The position numbers and the translations under genes are program-made. Below are positions 39,898-53,050 of a stretch of 64,000 nt of DNA, piece after piece. The notes beneath the pieces were generated by a model, which worked only from the letters and a program-made list of their open reading frames with translations, did not search any database and had not been told where the DNA came from. Positions within the stretch are counted from its first letter, which is position 1. Every line of letters begins with the position of its first letter. The DNA is from Bigelowiella natans CCMP2755 (Eukaryota > Protista > Cercozoa). The stretch lies in contig ADNK01000007.1 of the NCBI GenBank assembly GCA_000320545.1, forward strand, positions 71,527 to 135,526, in the 5' to 3' direction.

Positions 39898-42852
39898 TGG
39901 AAATATGTAGGGAATATTTTTATCAGAATTTATCTCTGCTTGCCGAAAAAGCGTTGTGCTTGCTCCGGCCCGTGCAGCCGAGGAAGTGGCTTCGCGCTTG
40001 CACTGAGCTTTCCCGACAGCTGGGAGAATGGTGGATTGTCCATCGTCCACTACCTCACGAGGGTTTGGGGCAAAGGCGCTACTGATGCTTCCCGTGCTAA
40101 GTAGTCCCTCCAGTGACGACGACGAGTTCTTTGTGCATACATGCTGATTTCTCTACTGTTTCAGGTTCCTTCCTCCTCTTCTACACAGTACTCTCACCGC
40201 CTCAGCGTATATCAGATGTTGAATCGAAAATCATCACGAGAGGGGAGCAAAGCAGGCACTTTTTTTCCCGATTCGGAAACCTCCACAGAGGTTCCAGGTA
40301 AAAACGAATGATAACGTGCTCGATAAGATCCGAAAGAGAATGAGAGCTCCTCCCTGATTGGAAGATTTCTCCTCCTTTTCCTGTCTCCTCGGGTTGGTAT
40401 TTTGTTGATATTTGATTTCGTATTTTTGGTGGCTCTGTGCTATTCTCAAGGAAACCTCCTCAGGGTAGCAGCAGCATCCACAAGAGGGCTGATTCTTCTG
40501 GCAGCCATTTGACAAGCACTCCAACAGACGTGATGACCTCATGTCCTGACTCATACTACATTCCACCAGAGAATGTGGAGGAGATCAGTAGCAGAAAAGG
40601 TGGCAAGTGAGAATGAACGGTGCAGTGAGTAAAACTGAGCACCACCCTCATTCTCTTAGGTACCGTCCCCATTAGAGGAGTCATTGGATGCGGTGGAATA
40701 ATGCTTCTCTCCGAAGGTTCTATGATAACTCTTCCTACTTTATAAAAACTTTAAAAAAGCATTTGGTAAAGAGTTAACATCTGCTTGATGAATTTCCGCA
40801 TAAAATCCATCGCTTACAGCACCTCCCCCTCCTCGTCCTCCAACCTCCTTTTAGTTGCAAAAACTGGTGCAGGCGGGGGTGGGGACGCGTGGGCCTACGT
40901 ACATCGTGTCTGGTACAGTTTGGTTTATATTGAAATGGCGCTCCTACTATCATACCTGCCTATTTGTCTGTCCCTCGAAGAATATTGCAATGCAAGCCGC
41001 AGCACACAAATGCCACGCACCGCGAACAATTGATGAATGTGATATAAATTTAACTAACCTTTCGGGCAGCAGCAGCTGCGAAATAACAAGTTGTTAATTA
41101 AGGGAAAATGCCAATGACGAGTTCCCCGCTTACACGAAGATGTTGATGAACAAGACGGACTTCACCGAAGAATACGCCGTCTCGGACTCACCCGGTTTGT
41201 GAAGTTAATAAATATTATCAAGTACTACACATCTAGTAAATGGGCGACGGCATTGGGTTTCACTATCACGTTGTAATAGTCATGAAATACATATACATTG
41301 TGAGGAAGGATGTGCTTGCTTATTCCTGTTCGTCAATGCATCGCTACAGCAATGGATTCCGTCCTTTGGAGACGGGCTTTTTACCCCATGCTGCGCTCGT
41401 TTGGTAATAATAGCAACAGCAAACAATGATAACGATTAAATCTCACATTCCCTTCTATTTAACTTCTACTGCATCTTTACATACACTTATAAATGAGTTG
41501 TTTCCTCCTCCGTCCTCCTCTATCATCATTATCATCATCATCATTATGTGACGTAACCCCCATCATCATAGGCTCAGGTGTGAGTAGTCATCAGGATCTC
41601 GCGGCCTCAGTACAGCTTGGAAATGAAACGAACGTATTGGCATGTAGTTTTCGTTGAAATTGCTAATAATCTACATAATGCCATATCTCAACAACAACAA
41701 CCACAGAGCGAACAAATGGCGTTTGCGACTTATTATTTACTTACAATCAGTCGATCCCTCACTTTCTGGCATTATACGTGGATAAGAAAGGCCTTGTTGA
41801 CGACCTTTTGGTGATATACTATCAAAATATGAATATCTTCACGCCATTAAATCTTGCTGCTGCTGCTGCTGCTGCTGCTTCTGATGATGATGATGATGAT
41901 TATGTGGATTTAGCATCTTTTGTCAACGTACTTCATCCTCCTCCTCCTCCTGCTCCCCCTCCCTCCTCCCTCCTCCCTCCTTATTTTTTGTGTATTTTTA
42001 TTTCCTCTCGATGCCGTGGCCTCTCTGCTTTGTTGGCTTCGAAGAAGCTTTTCCAAGTAATCACATATGATTCACTGCTGCTATTGACTACTACTACTAC
42101 TACCACTACTACTACCACCACCGCTCTTTCCTCTCAGTCTCCTGATATGTATGAGTAGCAATCGAAGAATGGTGGAAACCATCGTCAAGATTGAAGAAAT
42201 AACGATATTCGTCCTGATACTTGATGATATCGTTCCGTGCGTACGCGTGTGTGTAATATGTGATGTGTGATGTACTGCATGATATATTCCTACAATTCAG
42301 GATCTTGAAACCGAGCTGGCAAGCATAGATGACAATAATCCAGCGAAACCCTTCGGAACCCACATCGCGCTAACCTTCAAGTAAGGGGAAGGGGGGGAGA
42401 GAGGGCTGGGGAGCTAGTATGAGAGAATAAAATGATGACATTTATAGCTTTTACTACGGTACCAAATTGAAAAAACGATACAAGTAAGAGGGGAACTAAT
42501 TGTTGGCGGAGAACCTGATTCTTTTCTGCGTCCTGTCGGCTTGAGAGAAGAGTGCATATCATGCGTGTGAAGATCATTGTGCACTATCGCATCCTGGTTC
42601 GTTACGTTGCGATCTCTTTGTCTCTTTCTTCTTCTTCTTCTTCTTCCAAAGGGGCCAAAATGTGACAGCGAAAGTCAATGGAAAATCCTGCGCTTCGGTC
42701 CTCCCCTACGCAGCTGCATGTTTGATGAATATACTGTGGTAGATTAGACATGTATATATTGATATGTTGCTGCTGCTGTCTACTACTGTTCTTCCGCTAC
42801 TAGCCTACATTAAAACTCGAGGTATCATCTATTGGGTCAATTCTCTCTTCTT

Positions 42853-42894
<42 letters not shown>

Positions 42895-43766
42895 ACAGAC
42901 ACACACACACATTTATGTATGTATTGGATAACATAACGTTCACACATGGTGCGCGAAATCGCTGCCGTTGTTCCTGCTGCTGCTGTTCTACTAGGTGACA
43001 AGCTCTGGAATAGGACGGCAGTTAATGTTTTCCTTCATCGGCAAGAACGCACCGTCTGTGTAAGTCGCTGCATGCATCTTTAGAACAATGAAATTGATAT
43101 CGAAGAACGGCCATTCGTCACCTTCTCCTTCCTCATCCTCCCCCTCCGCCTCCTCCTCCTTATCGTATGAAGGCCATTCAAAGAAGAAGCGACGCTGTCT
43201 TTTCTCCAATGGCTGGAGGTTGTGTGATTGATAGAGAGCTGATAAATGGTGAAATATGCTGCTCTTCTGACTTCTTCGACGGAATCAAAACTATTCACAT
43301 AATCGTCATTATTCTCCTCCTCCTCTCCTCCTACCACTACTACTACTACTATTGCTACTACTATGCTTGTCTGTTTGCAATGAGCAGGCAGCGAAAGAGC
43401 ATGAAGTAGTCTCGACGGGTAGTTAGTAGGAGAAAAACAATGCAATTCTCGCAAACAAACAGCATCAGCAGCCTACTACCACGCTTGGAAGCAACATCAT
43501 CATTAGTCATATATAGCGAGCATGTATTAATAGAGGAGATGGTCTCAACAACCCGACGAAAACCCTCCGTTGTTCTCCGCTTAATTAGTCATCACAACCT
43601 CATCACCATCGACCAATAAAAAATGCAGATGAAAATGGCGTTCAAATCTATGGAATTGGCCAGTTCACAGGTGGCCTTTTACGTGGAACGATTAAAATGA
43701 TGATGATGATGATGATGATGCTGATGCTGATGCCAATATTATGGGTGCAGATTGTTTGTAATTGTA

Positions 43767-43816
<50 letters not shown>

Positions 43817-43844
43817 ATATTAATGTGTGTGTATGTGTGTATGT

Positions 43845-43887
<43 letters not shown>

Positions 43888-45822
43888 AGAAAGAGAGGGG
43901 GGGGGGGTTACGAGAGAGAAAGTGATAAAGGCGATAATAAAAAGTCCTATTATCTATTTTGATAAGAAATTGTTAGGGAAAGGTGTTCCTTTTAACTCGA
44001 TATACCTCCAAGCCGTCGTCATCATCTTCATCTTCATCACCATTATCATTGTCATCATTATCATCGTGCAGGGGATGGGACAGGCCCCGACAACAACAAC
44101 AACAACATGCCATCAGAGGAAGAATGGGAAACGTACCTATTAGCTTGTAGTAGTACTACTAGTAGTACTTGTAGCAGTATAGTAGTAATAGAAGAAGAAA
44201 GAGAAGGGAAAAAACGAAGCGCAAAAAATTCCTGTCAGAAACAACGGCAGCGATTCTCGCACAAAACGCCGATTCATATTTTATATTTTTGCGATTTTAA
44301 GACGAGTCAATCACCAACTCGATTCGCAGCTGTGGCTGCTGCCTCTGCTGCCTCTGCTGCTGCTACGACTACTGTTCTAGGCGCAAAACTAGCAGCAAGA
44401 GACTTGTCAACAATTATGCTCAATTTCAGATTTTCGGACGAGGAGAAAGCACGCCATATCGAGGTCGTTTCGAGGATTATGTTGTTTCATTTTATCCAAA
44501 CCAGCAATCAGCATGATGTTGTTTCATTTATCTTGGGAAGAGGAAGAAAGGGGCTCTTTACTTTCCTTTCCTTTATGCACCCTGTGTGTACGCGCACAGG
44601 GTGCAAAAGTGAGAAACCGCTCCGGTGATACAGAGTTGTCCCCGGTTGGGGATACTACCTCTGTGTTAAACTGACATCATTGCATGTAAAAGCCCCCCCC
44701 CCCCCCCCCCGTCGTGCACTGTTGCTTTCTCCCTTTATTCAGCACTCTGCTTCCAAATTATTAGGGTTATTATTGACTCCGAGCATCATTATTTCATCAT
44801 CTGATTCGGGCATGACGAATCCTTAATCTCCCTCACCATCAGGAGGCAAAGAACGAATATGAAAAGGCAGCGGGAAAGGGCTACTTTGGCGAGGATGTAC
44901 GTGCAGTAGCAAGTCGTTGTAGCAGCAGTAGTAGTTGTAGTAGTAGCTGTGTTCCCGACCCCGATGTAAAAGACTGAGCGATATCATGTAGCTAATGTCG
45001 TTTCGTTTGCCGTTGTTCTTTGTGAAGAGTGTTTCTCTCACTTTTGTCGGAGAACCGAGCAAATGAGAGCCTCTCATATCTCCTTTAGCATTGATAATAA
45101 CCGATATACTAATGGCCTCCTCCTTCTGACCACGCAGCTTCCATACTACTACCCGCAAGCACCCGTTATGTCGAATGTAAGTTGTTGTGACCCCCCTGCA
45201 TTTCCTGCATGATAAGGACAAAGGAGGAAGGGTATTAGAGAGGGGAGGAGGAGGGAGAGAGGAAGTCATGAGATGGTGATGATGATGATGATAAGTATGA
45301 GGATGAGGGTGATCAACTATGACGACGATAGAGTCGTGGTGGTGGTGCTGGTGGTGGTGATGGTGATGATGAAAGGGCAGAAAAATAGCATAGATTGCTT
45401 GCTACATCATCTGCAAATGGTGCGAGGGGCGAGTTGTATGCGCATCTTTTTTTCGTGCTGTTTGTTTCTGAATCAAAGATCTCCCTCTCACCCCCTCCTT
45501 TTGCTTTTGATTCTTCTTCACCGCATTTGTCGTGAACGTCGTCGTCGTCGTCGTCGCCGCATATTTCAGATGTATTGGGTTCCTCTCCCTAGATCTCGCC
45601 AGAAGAAGCTTCGACGCCAATTTTCACGGTTATTTACCGGTGTTATAGACCATAGCAGTGGTGTAGCCTGCCGTAGCAGCCCTTTGAAAGTAGTGTGTTA
45701 TCTATCGTTCGTCTCCGTATGTTTGCTGCTGTTTCTGCTACGGCTGTGACTTTGGGTTCTTCGTGGCTACCAGACACATACACGCGCGCGCGCGCGCACA
45801 CACACAAACACACAATATTCTT

Positions 45823-45867
<45 letters not shown>

Positions 45868-46099
45868 GTCTCTTTTTCTCTCCGTGCTTGAGAATGTGCA
45901 TGTGTGTTTCAAAAATAGGAACAAGCATAGTCGTAACCATTACCATCGACGAAAAAGAGTAAGTAATGAGAACTTCTCCCTCACTTTTACGATGCCTCTG
46001 AGCTATCATACTCCGGCCTCAGAAGGACTGATGTGTTGTCCGTTTGCTGTGAGATGTGAGTCTCATCTTGCAGCGGACGAGTACAACATTCATGCATGA
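39898..46099 (+). CDS. Hypothetical multi-exon protein, family not recognised
   Basis: Phase-consistent exon chain ...DAWAYVHRVW|ENANDEFPAYTKMLMNKTDFTEEYAVSDSP|AMDSVLWRRAFYPMLRSF|GSGVSSHQDLAAS|SIPHFLALYVDKKGLVDDLL. Later exon-like blocks are DLETELASIDDNNPAKPFG, GAKLAARDLSTIMLNF and EAKNEYEKAAGKGYFGED|LPYYYPQAPVMSN. The ends are uncertain. Confidence 0.5.
43697..43910. repeat. Compound intronic microsatellite (GAT)n..(CA)n(TA)n..(TG)n plus a G-run; the CA and TG arms can fold back on each other
   Basis: Read directly. Confidence 0.85.
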
Positions 46100-47016
46100 T
46101 TATAGGGTACATATTTGCTGCCTCAAAATTAACTTGTGATTTTTCTTCATGCATGCATCATCCTGTGAATTCTTTTTGTTCGATCCCGCCTCGCAATTTT
46201 GTCCTCACCAGTGATAAAAATTTGCATGTTGTGCATCAGATCCGGCAGCTTCATCAGTAGTGGACTTCTATTGAATGGACGCGTGTGTTCATCGTCTTAG
46301 TCTAGTAATGTGTTATCTCGAGACGACCCGCTGCACGATGACAAAATGGTGGCTGCTTACCAGGCTAGCAGGGGTGTGCCCAACCAGTGCAAGATGATTT
46401 CCGTCTTGTCTGAGTGCGATGTCCAAATTGTGTACATGCACATGTACATTTATTTACAAAAACATGATGAAAGAAGGCTGGTCGCTGCCGCTTCATCTTG
46501 TGTGATTACATGCAGAAGAAGCCGAGCATGTGAGCCATGCTTGTAAGCATGCTTGCATGCCTTCGTTGGAATTCTTTCATGGCAAGCTAGAAAGCTGACA
46601 TGCATGCGCATGCTAGTAGTGACAATCGCTACAGTTCGCAAATCGGATGCTAACAGATGCCACGCCTCGACAGCGAGGCAATGCGCGCACCTTCACATCC
46701 GCAAACGGGCAATGTGTAAATCCACAATATTAGACCGAAGCACAGCGTGCGTGCAAGACGATTATGAACACGCCTGCAAAATTAGCTTTACATAAAGATG
46801 GATAGATAATGGACACGCCATTTATCTATTTGCGTGCCTATTATCATTGTGCAGATCTTCCATGATTGTAGATCGGATAATTTACACGTATTGAACTCTT
46901 CCCTTTACATTTGCCACTCTATCTCCAAGCATAAAATACGAAGAAGAGATTTGCAATTACGTAGCTGAAAGAAGAGATTTCAGTGGCTATATTGGTGCTA
47001 GCCGTTACATTATCTT
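46100..47016. other. Convergent intergenic block, TGCA/GCATGC-palindrome rich
   Basis: catgcatgcat (about 46148), gtacatgcacatgtac, gcatgcttgcatgc, catgcatgcgcatgctag (about 46599-46616). Confidence 0.6.
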
Positions 47017-47245
47017 CTAACGATCTTCGGTTTTGATAAAGATGAAACCTGGAAAAAAATAAATCCTTAACCGGTTGCGAGAAAAAGGCTTGTCTCTGAT
47101 GAAGATCAGAGCAGAAAAGAATTTGGGCGCGGAGAGTACCAGCTCATATACCCCAGAGCAACAACGCCAAATGAGTGTGCACAATGTCCAGTCAGCAGGC
47201 GTCGTTCGATCGCTTATAGAGGGGCGGGAAGTAATAGAATATTTA

Positions 47246-48861
47246 CTACAATGCACATTCTGCAGAAGAAGTAGCCAGTGATGAACGTACTACTAGAAAA
47301 AACGATCGTAACGAGAGCGGGAACGGAGTATTTGATGTGAAGGTGAGGAGACTCCTCGCATGTTGTACTACCTGCCACGGCATCATCGAGCTTTTCTTCC
47401 AATACCTGACCTTCGCTCTCTTCTTGTGGAGAGGTATTGCTTGATTTGCGGAGTTGTTGGCTGGAAAGTCCAAGGTCGTCTGGCCCCGATAATTGCATCT
47501 GCCAAATAGATTATACTCAAAGCAGTCACACAGCCTCCTCCAAGGAGGATTTCTGCATAAAGCAGCTATAAAATATACACCCAACGGATTGGGTGTCCTA
47601 CCTTGACACCGTAGCAGCACAACCAAAAAAATAGTATTTACTAGAAGAAATCTATTCCAAATGATGCCCCAAAAGCAGTGTTTTTGTAACAATTCAGTCT
47701 TCAGACCTCCCCCTTCTTCTTCTTCTCCCTGGGACCGAATAAATTCATCACACCAAGGGTTGTCAAACTGGAGCGGCGTACTTGATAGTTGGGCAATATC
47801 TACACACGATTCGTTATTGTCATCCCAAACGAAACACAAGAAGCATAGATGCAGTACATTTGTCGGTCCTCAGTTCCCCTACCAACACCATTGTGACACG
47901 TCTCCTCCATCATCACCATCACCATCATCATCATCATCATCATCATCAATGGTATTGTTGAGTGCACTAGAAACAACATGGGAGTAAGCAACAATATACT
48001 GCAAAGGATAAGCACAACTATCTATCTATCTATGAGGCTGCGCACGTTAATCATCCTGCCGCGTATTATCCATCCAGCACGAAGGGCCAGAACACCACTG
48101 AAGAGGACGGAGGCCCTATATTATCATGAATCATGTCGGCAATTGCTTTATGGTTAATGATTCCAAAGACGAGAAGTATCACCATTCCGCAGCGTAGAAC
48201 ATATAGATCATGTAGAGCTGTTAATAATACAGTTGAGTTAGAGCCGCCATCATCTTAATAACTCAACTCTTACATTGTTAGAAGTAAACTTACATCGCTT
48301 ACCTTTCCGAGCACTATTAATGGGATAGCGAACGCAATCATTAGTACCATACTAGTGATCATTGATAACCTTAACATCTAAGAAGAGGAAGTGTGATTGT
48401 CCGTGTGATCTACTGCGCACATGCGAACATTCTGCATTTCTAATATACCTTCTCTCCATATCTCCTTTTCTTCAGAGCTGCTCCGGCACCCTGTAGGACT
48501 AGTGCTAGGAGATAATGTAAAGCTACCACCAATAGAATCTGAGTGAAAACGAACACGCATATGTAATATCCACTCAGCGTATTTTGCTTACTTATGCCTG
48601 CAAGCGGTACTACGCACCTGTGTTAGCACAGTGGTGGAATACAGAACTCTCCAATGGATTTTATTGTAGATCACAATAGTGATATTCCTGACTAACCCTA
48701 TCAGTAAGCAGAGAGAACTGGATCTAGTATAGTAGCAAAAAATTTGGTTCAAAAACTTACCAACATAGTTGATCTAGCGAAAACAGGAGAGCGGAGGAGG
48801 CTAATGAATCGTCATGTGACTGCACTACGACGAGCATACTTATGGTTGTTAAAGCCATCAT
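47246..48861 (-). CDS. Hypothetical, possibly membrane or degenerate protein
   Basis: Minus-strand donors (gtaag near 48760, gtgcgt near 48616, gtatat near 48447, gtaag near 48301, gtgcgc near 48046) bound hydrophobic exons such as ILLVVALHYLLALVLQG. A 197-aa ORF at 47246-47839 lies at the 3' end. The model is not fully closed. Confidence 0.35.
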
Positions 48862-49430
48862 GAAAGATTAGTGGTACATTGCTATGGCTCGCGGCTTATA
48901 GTCTTCTTCATTTCTCCTCAGGTGCCGCCAAACCTAAAGGATCCACCATTATCGACGATTCGACCGACGACTGTGGCACTTCCAATCCGACCTGATACAC
49001 TGATACTAGCATCGCCATTCCTGAAAAGCTGGCGGCGAAATAGGAGACTATTCTTTCTGTTTGCATGCTGGGGTTATATTCGGGGGGGGCGCATGCACCC
49101 CCAAAACCCAAAACGGATCAGCTTCCTATGAATGCTGGTAATAACACCTAAAAAAAGGCAAAAAAAAAAGAGAATATGTGAAAACACGTTGATTTTTTGC
49201 CATGCGACATGGATGTTGACCGGGACGTAGACAGAAAATCGTCGTAGGCTCCTGCCGGTGTTGCTATTTCGCACATTTCGGAAATGCAACTTCGTTGATC
49301 ATACCGGCTCCCCGCCCCCTCTCTGTGCTTTCCCCGAGCGCGTGGGCAACTCTGCACATGTTTGCCCTCTCCTACCTTCTTTATATCGCTCCTTTTCGTT
49401 GATGGGTGAAGGGTTGACCCCCCCGGAACA

Positions 49431-50618
49431 ATGGTGAAAGTCTCAGTTGCGCCATTATTTCACACGTCGTCGTTCTCATCTCTCCCGCTGCGGCAGTGGC
49501 TGTTGTGGTCGTGCGTGCTCGTCCTCATTGGGGCTGGGCGCGCAGTCGGAGCGAGTCCAGCTAGAACTAGAAGAAATTCAAATGCCATAAAGGGAGCCGC
49601 TAAGCTGCCTACACCCCGCCTCCCCCCTTCGCCGTTTGCAGTACCTCCGAAAAAGGTATGTATCTTGAATGATATCTCGAGTACTAAAATTGGCGGCAAA
49701 GGTTGACGGCAAATAGAACTTACATGGAGAGTGTATTATCTGAAAGGTAAGATCTCATACCTATGAAGGTCGCAGGTTCCAGTGCAAAAGAAACATCCGT
49801 AAGACATCGTAAAATGTTAACGATGCAAGCAAACCACACACATGCACAACCAGCGGTACCTGTGACGAGCGTACAAACGAGTGTATGCCGTGCGCCCGCG
49901 TATACCTCCATTACCATATACATGTTGCTCACCATGATGCACCTCTGTCTGATCATCAATTGCCCCTGTATTGGCAGATGAGAATATTGAGAAAAGTCGG
50001 GAGATTTTGGACGTGGAACTATTACGACGGGCTCTTAAATCGCTCTGCCATCGCATGGCATCGAGAAGGTTAATCACTTTCTCCTATTTTGTGTGTTGCT
50101 ATCTGTAATGATGATGATGGTGGCGCAAAGACTAACATGAAACACACACGAATGAGCTCTTGAACACAAGATATGCTTGATTACCTTCAGAATAACAAGG
50201 GCAAAGCATTACCGCTCCTCCATTGCATCTTCAGAGATTGTGTACACATAAAAGTTTCAAAATTTTAAGTGAGATACACAGAGAGAGAAAGAGGGGGAGT
50301 AAGAAGGGAAGGGTGATAGGAGAAGAAGTGAACCCATAGACGAGCAGCATTCCTCTTATCATGTATTCACCTCCATTTCTCTTAATTCTTCGCGGCAGAT
50401 ACCTCTTGCTAGTCATCAAGAAACTACGTGCTTTTAAAACGTATGATGATGATAAAATGCGACCATAACAAACGCGTCACCCAGATGTTATGCAATGTAT
50501 AGTAGGATGAAGAGATAATACATTACAGGAAAAAGTCCTCAGTATCAAAACTCGAATCCGAGCACAAATGAGTGCGTACGTGTATTTATGCACGCACACA
50601 GGCACACACGCACACATA

Positions 50619-50670
<52 letters not shown>

Positions 50671-51130
50671 TTTTTTGGTACTTATCTGTATGTATGTTTG
50701 GTGCAAAATTTGTGCTGTTTACTGTTGTATCGTGAAGGTTGCAGAGGCCATTCATGATCCCCGTTCCTTTCTCGATCCAGCCTTTTGACCTGGTTGTTGC
50801 TCATTGTAGAGTTCGTATCAGTATCATTACTTGTGATCTGGGAAGAAGATGAAGGATGAAGAAGATGATAATGATTTCCAATAAAAAATATTATGCCAAC
50901 ACCAGTTATGAGGGTGGCATCGGCTACATACAGAGCTTTGCTATAATCCATATGTTTTCTTTCTTAATCACACGGCTATCTACAGCTTATCCTCTCTAAA
51001 CCACACAGATGCACAAACACACCACAAACACACAACACTCACATCAGAGTGCCTGCCTGATTGTGAGGGAGCCGCGCGGATCTGGAAACGAAAAAGTGAT
51101 ATATTGCCGTCGTGTAGTGTGATATCTGTG

Positions 51131-51163
<33 letters not shown>

Positions 51164-52047
51164 TTGTCTTTCTCACTCATTATCTCTCCTGCCCTCCCCC
51201 CTCCCTCTCTTCGAAAGGGATTTCGGTTCCGCAAAAAAGTCGCAGAGTCGAAGAACATCACTGTTATCACTTTGAAGTAGTAAATAGTCATAGCTGATTG
51301 TAGTAGTAGTGGTAGTAGTGGTAGTAAGTAGTAGTAGTGGAAGTTGCAGTAGTAGTAGTGCTCCAGCGTCTCCATTTTATAATGTTTGCTCCTCCTCCTC
51401 CTCTTTCCTTCCCAATTGACTATGTGTATCATATTGGGCATGATGATTATTCTATTCTGGAAAGATCGCTTCGCAAGACGCACTCAGCCGAGCGCTTCGA
51501 CTCCATTCTCAAGAGGTAAACACGCCCTAAATAGTTGTGCTCACCTTACCATGCTGAAAACGGCGATGATCATTCCCTTCATGGTATTGGACGGGTATGA
51601 GGAGACAAATGCATCCATGATTTATTCAATGCTCGCGCGCCGCTCGATTGTTGCATGACGAGGTAGCGATAGGCTAGCTTTCCGAGAGTGGGAAACAGCC
51701 TTGTAGGATGCAATAGAAGTGTTCTCACAACATCACATTATAACAAGAAAATAATCGAAGTCATCCATCATTTAAAGGCACAAAGTGATCTTTGCGGACA
51801 AAAGGGTTTACCGACGGCTACCGAAGCTTTTTGGCGATAAGTACTACAGACGGTAGGTGAATATGGTGATTGATGACGATGTGACGTTGATGAATGATAA
51901 TCATAATGATAACGATGAATGACCATGATGTTGCCGATGATGCTGGTGACTGATGTGAAGAAAAGTGTTGCATCAACACAATTTTGCCAACGAGGAAATA
52001 CAGACTCCGAATTGTGACTCTGGATTTGCAATATATTACATAATATC

Positions 52048-52089
<42 letters not shown>

Positions 52090-53050
52090 ATTCTACATTA
52101 GTGTATTTATAGATATAATACCTACACTGAAAGAAACACTGATGGTCTTGTTCTATGACGCTACATGCCCATGGCCATGTCGCAGAGCAAGGATGCTTGA
52201 AGAATACTGTGAAAAAAATGATTATGGATATAGAAAGCTGACAGCAGACTTTGTGTGCTCTTCCAAAGGTTTTCTCCCATCCCCGTAGAGCTGCGGGGCC
52301 TCGACTGGCATACAGAGGTAATGATGTAAGCAAGATGGCGATGGGGGATAAAAAGGGGATGCTGGCTTATGTAATCATGTCCGAGCAGATATACACAAAA
52401 ATATATATATATATATATACGCTTTTGTGAGAACAATAATTACCGTGATTTCATATGGACATCATCTTCACTTCAGCGGTCGATGGGGCTATCATTGTGT
52501 TTGTAATTAGTGCCAAATCGCGAGTCAATTCACAACTCTGTCCCTGTCGCGAGCAACTACCTTTCCGATTCGAATAGGGAGGAGAGGCATGCCAGGTAGC
52601 TCACTGGTCCGTGCTCCTCCCTTCCTCCCTCCCTCCCTCTCTTTCCTCTCAATTTGTCAATGAATGATGATGTAATTTAGTGGAAGCACTGCTCCAGAAT
52701 GCGCTAAGTGCTGCTGGAGGAGCCGTGCGCCATCTATTCCCTTCACGCCTCTGGAGTACGATGTTTTTCCAGTCTAACCCCTATATAAAACACAAATATT
52801 GGATCGTCCTGAAGTATTCATTTCAATCGTCTAGTTTGTTGCCCCCCCCTCTCATCGATAATGCTTTCAATATTCACGTTACCACTCGTGGTCGTGATCT
52901 CTGCGATATTTCGTGATGGTACTTACTCACCCCTTCTTGCGCCAAATATTAGGGTCGGTACAGGCGATCTATGTCCGAACGGAGGACTCTATTGGACTGC
53001 CCATATTAAATAAAAAGGAGCATGGTCACATTGTTTTTCGTCAAGAATGA
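49431..53050 (+). CDS. Divergent ribosomal L1 domain-containing protein (RSL1D1/Cic1/Utp30-like) with a hydrophobic N-terminal leader
   Basis: Exons LDVELLRRALKSL, YLLLVIKKL, RPFMIPVPFSI, SACLIVRE, TVITLK|SLRKTH..|HKVIFADKRVYRRLPKLFG, TTLSLSRATTFPIRIGRRGMP|VEALLQNA and W|RSVQAIYVRTEDSIGLPI follow the RSL1D1 motif order as I recall it. Stop 53048-53050. Confidence 0.75.

Noticed and set aside
47075-47345. Possible plus-strand gene that would break the alternation
   Set aside because: The candidate exons do not join in phase and the better splice signals at 48046-48760 are on the minus strand. It cannot be fully excluded without RNA data.
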